From positions 1-46,894 of the forward strand of contig JBEKPK010000001.1 of the NCBI GenBank assembly GCA_049520795.1: a stretch of DNA of 46,894 nt, given 5' to 3'. Made by a program: the position numbers and the translations under genes. The DNA comes from Bryobacteraceae bacterium. GTDB taxonomy: Bacteria; Acidobacteriota; Terriglobia; Bryobacterales; Bryobacteraceae. The notes beneath the pieces were generated by a model. That model saw nothing but the letters and a program-made list of their open reading frames with translations, was not told the origin of the DNA and did not search any database. Below are positions 46,401 to 46,894 of the stretch, one piece after another; within the stretch, counting starts at the first letter, position 1, and every line of letters starts with the position of its first letter.

Positions 46401-46894
46401 ACCATCTGGGCGAGGAAGATCTGATCTTGCATTACTACGGCGAAGATGACGATCCGTCCGAGGCCGGGCGGCATCTGGAAGAGTGCTCCGAGTGCCGGTC
46501 CCTCTTTGCTTCGCTCCAGAGCGCGCTCGATGCGGTGGATTGCGCACCCGTACCCGAGCGCGATGCCGAGTACGGAGCCCGCGTCTGGCGGCGGATTGAA
46601 AGCCGCCTGGAGTCCCGTCCGAAGCCGTGGTTGTGGAGCAACCCCTGGCGCTGGGCGGCGGCCGGAGTCGCGTTCGCGGGTTTGCTGGCGGCGGCCTTCC
46701 TGGCCGGCCGCTTCCTTCCAGGCAGGCCCGCGCCGGCCGTGGCGGCGGACTCGCAGGTCCGCGAGCGCATCTTGCTGGTGGCCGTGGGCGACTACCTGGA
46801 GCGCTCCCAAATGGTGTTGATCGAGCTGGCCAACGCCAATTCGGGCGGCGGATTGGACATTTCCGCCCAGCAGGCTCGCGCCGAAGACCTCGTA
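46397..46894 (+). CDS. Anti-sigma factor, 5' partial (runs off the window end)
   Basis: Its ATG forms an ATGA overlap with the sigma stop. I translated it manually as MNHLGEEDLILHYYGEDDDPSEAGRHLEECSECRSLF... followed by the TM helix WAAAGVAFAGLLAAAFLAG. The frame stays open to 46894. It is absent from the ORF track because it has no stop. Confidence 0.75.
   Translation, partial: MNHLGEEDLILHYYGEDDDPSEAGRHLEECSECRSLFASLQSALDAVDCAPVPERDAEYGARVWRRIESRLESRPKPWLWSNPWRWAAAGVAFAGLLAAAFLAGRFLPGRPAPAVAADSQVRERILLVAVGDYLERSQMVLIELANANSGGGLDISAQQARAEDLV

Overview
GC-rich bacterial chromosomal window (about two-thirds G+C by eye). Gene content and the many GC-rich intergenic hairpin repeats suggest an Acidobacteriota-like genome; that is inference only. 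I support about 55 genes and found no rRNA, tRNA, CRISPR array, transposase or integrase. Main blocks, in order: (1) an ECF sigma/anti-sigma/secreted-protein operon, a RelBE-type TA pair, a POT peptide transporter and an SDR. (2) One long minus-strand operon (21697 down to 8386): PilZ, a large polytopic membrane protein, two tandem Flp pilins, CpaB-CpaC-CpaE-CpaF-TadB-TadC, two 31/32-aa miniproteins, a QW-repeat (prenyltransferase-like) protein, a Tat-signal DUF362 protein and a second polytopic membrane protein. It is fronted by a strikingly AT-rich region holding a perfect 22-bp palindrome, with a divergent LuxR-type response regulator. (3) typA and a MacAB-like ABC efflux set (two FtsX permeases, an HlyD adaptor, an ATPase). 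(4) My best candidate for an undescribed system: a DUF2760-like protein plus two non-canonical Hsp70 paralogues (609 aa, and 880 aa with a ~320-aa C-terminal extension). No J-protein or GrpE is present. The module is split by a 2.3-kb segment carrying a ThuA-like gene and two TA modules (HicAB and a BrnT/DUF4258-like pair), and is followed by a decayed RelE with an intact antitoxin and a MITE-like inverted-repeat element. (5) pgsA-like, galK, a small membrane protein, an SSS symporter and pruA. Then comes a lower-GC type II restriction-modification cassette next to a truncated HTH-antitoxin remnant, and a second ECF sigma/anti-sigma pair that runs off the window end. Several families of short intergenic palindromic repeats recur across the window. 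Most long ORFs in the track that lie opposite or out of frame to these genes are GC-driven shadow ORFs.
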